Part shown: positions 26,498 to 29,083 of the stretch, in pieces
Numbering within the stretch: the first letter of the stretch is position 1
Layout of the letters: each line of letters begins with the position of its first letter
From: Candidatus Eiseniibacteriota bacterium
GTDB taxonomy: Bacteria > Eisenbacteria > RBG-16-71-46
NCBI GenBank assembly: GCA_041483195.1
Contig: JBGPFC010000042.1
Span: 1 to 29,083, forward strand
Direction: 5' to 3'
DNA: 29,083 bases
Made by a program: the position numbers and the translations under genes
Notes under the pieces: model-generated
Told to the model about the DNA's origin: nothing
Seen by the model: the letters and a program-made list of their open reading frames with translations, nothing else
The model's database searches: none

Positions 26498-29083
26498 CTA
26501 CTTCAGGACCACCATCTTGGTGTTGTTCTCGAACCGACTGTTCGCGAACTTGATGTGGGTGAAGTAGACGCCGCGCGCCACCTGACGACCGCCGTTGTCC
26601 AGGCCGTCCCAGGTGAGCTTGCGAGGACCGGCATCGAACAGCTGCCCGTCCGCCAGCGTACGGATCAGGCGCCCGCTGACATCGAAGATCTTGACATCAA
26701 CCCGATCCTTCTTTGCCAGCGTGAGGTTGACAGACGCCTCACCCTGACGCAGGGGGTTGTTGCCGATCGAAGCGAAGTCCACGAACGACTTGGGTCCAGC
26801 GTTCGGCTGATCACCAACAGCAGTCGGAGATCCGTAGATGATGCAGATCTTCGAGAAGATGTTGGTGTACACGTTGAGGAAGTACGCCAACCGGCCAATC
26901 GTCTGACCGCAGTAGCGGCTCCTGAGGTTGAAGATGTTCCAGCCGTCCACCAGCGACTGCCAGTAGTTCGGACCAATCGCGTCCTTGAACACACCGGAAA
27001 TGTACGGCGCCAGCAGCGGGTTCGCGCCTACGGGATCGTAGTACGTGGCCACCGCCGCGTCCGGACCATCCAGGTCGAGAACGTCGTTGGTGAACGTGCA
27101 GGTCGTCCGGACACCGTACAGGTCTCCGGTGGTCGTGATCGCAGAGGTCGTCACCAGATCCGGACACGGATTGATGTTGCCCGACAGCTGCAGATACGAC
27201 GGGTGACGGAACGCGACACCCAGCAGCGGGAGCAGTGCGGAGCCGTCAGTCGCTTCGACGAATCCGTCGCCCTGGATGAAGATGCCGCGATGCGCGCTGA
27301 CTCCTGCGCCCAGCAGGAACTCACGAATGATCCGCTCGTCGTCCTGGCTCTTGTCGTTGAACGGACCCAGGATCGCCGAGTTGAGATCACCCGTCAGGAT
27401 CATCAGGACGCGGTAATAGGCTTCCAGCATCGTGATCGTCGGAGCGTCCTTTGCCCAGTGGTCATCCAGCAAGCTCGGCGTGCCCCGGTAAGCGAAGCGG
27501 GCGCCCAGCGAACCGGCACTGGTGTTGAGCGACTCCGAAGCCTTGACGCCGTACATGTCCCACGTGGTGCCCGGCTGCGCATTCTTGTCGTACACGAAGC
27601 CCGCGGGGCTGTTGACGCTCACCCCGTTTGCCGCGTGCCAGCCATTGTGCGCGCCGTACTTGTTCGAGCCCGTTGCGCCGATCGAGTCAGCCACCGACAC
27701 CCAGACTCGCTCGTTGCCACGACGGTCGTTCTGGTCCACATAGAGCATGCAGGCCCCACCCAGACCACCGTACGTCGAGAACTTCCACGCGTCCGGCAGA
27801 ACACTGAACTCCTGCCAGCGGTGGCCGTCGAGGCTCGGGCCTTCGAGATTCTGCGGCGAGACCGTCGTGGTATCCGGGCAGAGATACACGTTGGTCGTCC
27901 CCAGATCCTTGCGCACGTAGAAGTACTCGACGTGCGAGCCAGGAGTCAGGAGGCCGTCCGGAATGATCTTGGTGCCTTCGTTGGTGTACGGGTTGCCGTC
28001 GTACCCGGTGCGGGTACCCGGAACCGTGGTCACCCACGCCGGCTCGCTCGAGCACGTGATGTCCGTGACCGCGCCGGCCGTATCGTTCATGAAGCAACGA
28101 TGGCGGGAGAGACCGAGCAGGTTGTACTTCGGATCGAGCTCGTGATAGATCGAGGCGAAGAATCCTGCGTTGATCGAGTTGTTCACGTTGCGAGCCGCCA
28201 CCGGGAACAGGTTGGCTTCCGCGGTGTCGCAGCGCGCGCTGTTCCAGACCAGATTGCTCCACCTCGTCTTGTGCGTCCCGGCCGGGTGACCATCGGGCAC
28301 CTTGCCGTTGTCGAGGATGTAGAGCGTCCAGAACGTGCTGTCGCTCGCGTCGATCGGAGTCGGATCGGTCGCAACCTTGCGCAGACCCGTCGAAGGATCG
28401 CCAGGCGTCGAGTAGTTACCCGGGCCCGGCAGGATGCGGAACACCAGCTGCACCTCGACGCTATCGCCAAGTGCCTGGATGAGCGTGCTGTCGCTCGGCA
28501 CGTCGTAGCGGGTGAGGTCGCTGGTGGTCTGAGCGTCGTTACGACCGGTCTTGATCAGCGCGGTCGTGGTGTCGAACGCCGCGAGACCCGGCAGACCAGC
28601 ATCTTCGCTCGCCGGGAACGTGTCGTTGAACCACTCCCAGATGTCCACCGTGATCGGCGCACCCGCCGCACCGTCGACGATCGCCAGCGCTACGTCATCC
28701 CAATAGCCGCCGTCGGTCGAACCGCAGTCCGTCGTGATGCCGAACCGGTAGCACTGACCCAGCTTGCGCAAACCAATCCGCAGCGAATCCGGCTGCAGCC
28801 CGGGATTGGCGGTCCGGATGCAACCCCAAGCCTTCGCCGCGTCCAGATTGTCGAAGCACTGCTTGTCCGGGTTGAAGTACTGGAACGGCGGCAGGCGGAA
28901 CTCGCCCCACTGCCGGTTGCCGGTACCGGGACCCGGGATATTGTTGCCGCCCTGCTGCGTCGCCGGGTAGCTCTGGAACAGGAACTGCCAGCCGGCGCCC
29001 AGGTTGAACAGGTCGAAGTAACCCGTGTAGCACTCGTACGCGATGTAGAAGTCCTCGGTCGGGTGCGCATCGGGATTGTTCAG
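26498..29083 (-). CDS. Large Cys-rich protein, probably secreted/surface, with C-terminal FlgD-Ig/T9SS-type domain (5' end outside the window)
   Basis: The frame is open to the window edge (LNNPDAHPTEDFYIAYEC...), at least 861 aa. C-terminus VKIFDVSGRLIRTL...WDGLDNGGRQVARGVYF...KMVVLK. Confidence 0.88.
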   Translation of the reverse strand: MNNPDAHPTEDFYIAYECYTGYFDLFNLGAGWQFLFQSYPATQQGGNNIPGPGTGNRQWGEFRLPPFQYFNPDKQCFDNLDAAKAWGCIRTANPGLQPDSLRIGLRKLGQCYRFGITTDCGSTDGGYWDDVALAIVDGAAGAPITVDIWEWFNDTFPASEDAGLPGLAAFDTTTALIKTGRNDAQTTSDLTRYDVPSDSTLIQALGDSVEVQLVFRILPGPGNYSTPGDPSTGLRKVATDPTPIDASDSTFWTLYILDNGKVPDGHPAGTHKTRWSNLVWNSARCDTAEANLFPVAARNVNNSINAGFFASIYHELDPKYNLLGLSRHRCFMNDTAGAVTDITCSSEPAWVTTVPGTRTGYDGNPYTNEGTKIIPDGLLTPGSHVEYFYVRKDLGTTNVYLCPDTTTVSPQNLEGPSLDGHRWQEFSVLPDAWKFSTYGGLGGACMLYVDQNDRRGNERVWVSVADSIGATGSNKYGAHNGWHAANGVSVNSPAGFVYDKNAQPGTTWDMYGVKASESLNTSAGSLGARFAYRGTPSLLDDHWAKDAPTITMLEAYYRVLMILTGDLNSAILGPFNDKSQDDERIIREFLLGAGVSAHRGIFIQGDGFVEATDGSALLPLLGVAFRHPSYLQLSGNINPCPDLVTTSAITTTGDLYGVRTTCTFTNDVLDLDGPDAAVATYYDPVGANPLLAPYISGVFKDAIGPNYWQSLVDGWNIFNLRSRYCGQTIGRLAYFLNVYTNIFSKICIIYGSPTAVGDQPNAGPKSFVDFASIGNNPLRQGEASVNLTLAKKDRVDVKIFDVSGRLIRTLADGQLFDAGPRKLTWDGLDNGGRQVARGVYFTHIKFANSRFENNTKMVVLK

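Noticed and set aside
28690..29070. 126-aa and 112-aa minus-strand ORFs suggesting a frameshift in the last gene
   Set aside because: The main frame is uninterrupted to the window end, so these are alternative frames
20610..29083. Lower-GC right end as a genomic island
   Set aside because: No integrase, tRNA or flanking repeats. The shift is explained by the amino-acid composition of beta-rich secreted proteins, and third codon positions remain mostly G/C.

Overview
A very GC-rich bacterial chromosomal segment with about 18 protein-coding genes, mostly on the minus strand. I saw no rRNA, tRNA, CRISPR array or mobile element. In order: a cytoplasmic Ser/Thr kinase with TolB-like/TPR domains; a membrane vWA protein; a DUF4388 protein with MshEN-like repeats; a CDP-alcohol phosphotransferase; a plus-strand cluster of three divergent paralogous membrane-anchored helical proteins (shared RSS[W/F]ER motif) around a lipoprotein six-hairpin glycosidase; a GT2 glycosyltransferase; and ppdK with helical insertions. 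Next is an apparent ~12-kb, 7-gene operon: two paralogous Ig-like-repeat lipoproteins, a secreted protein with a FlgD-Ig/T9SS-type tail, asparaginase II, an S8 protease with the same tail, and an M16 pair in which neither subunit has an intact HxxEH motif. Last is the 3' part of a large Cys-rich protein with a FlgD-Ig tail, followed by a strong terminator. Several sigma70-like promoters are readable. The gene content suggests an FCB-related lineage such as Ca. Eisenbacteria (inference only). The best candidates for undescribed systems are the RSS[W/F]ER triad plus glycosidase, and the surface-protein/pseudopeptidase operon.
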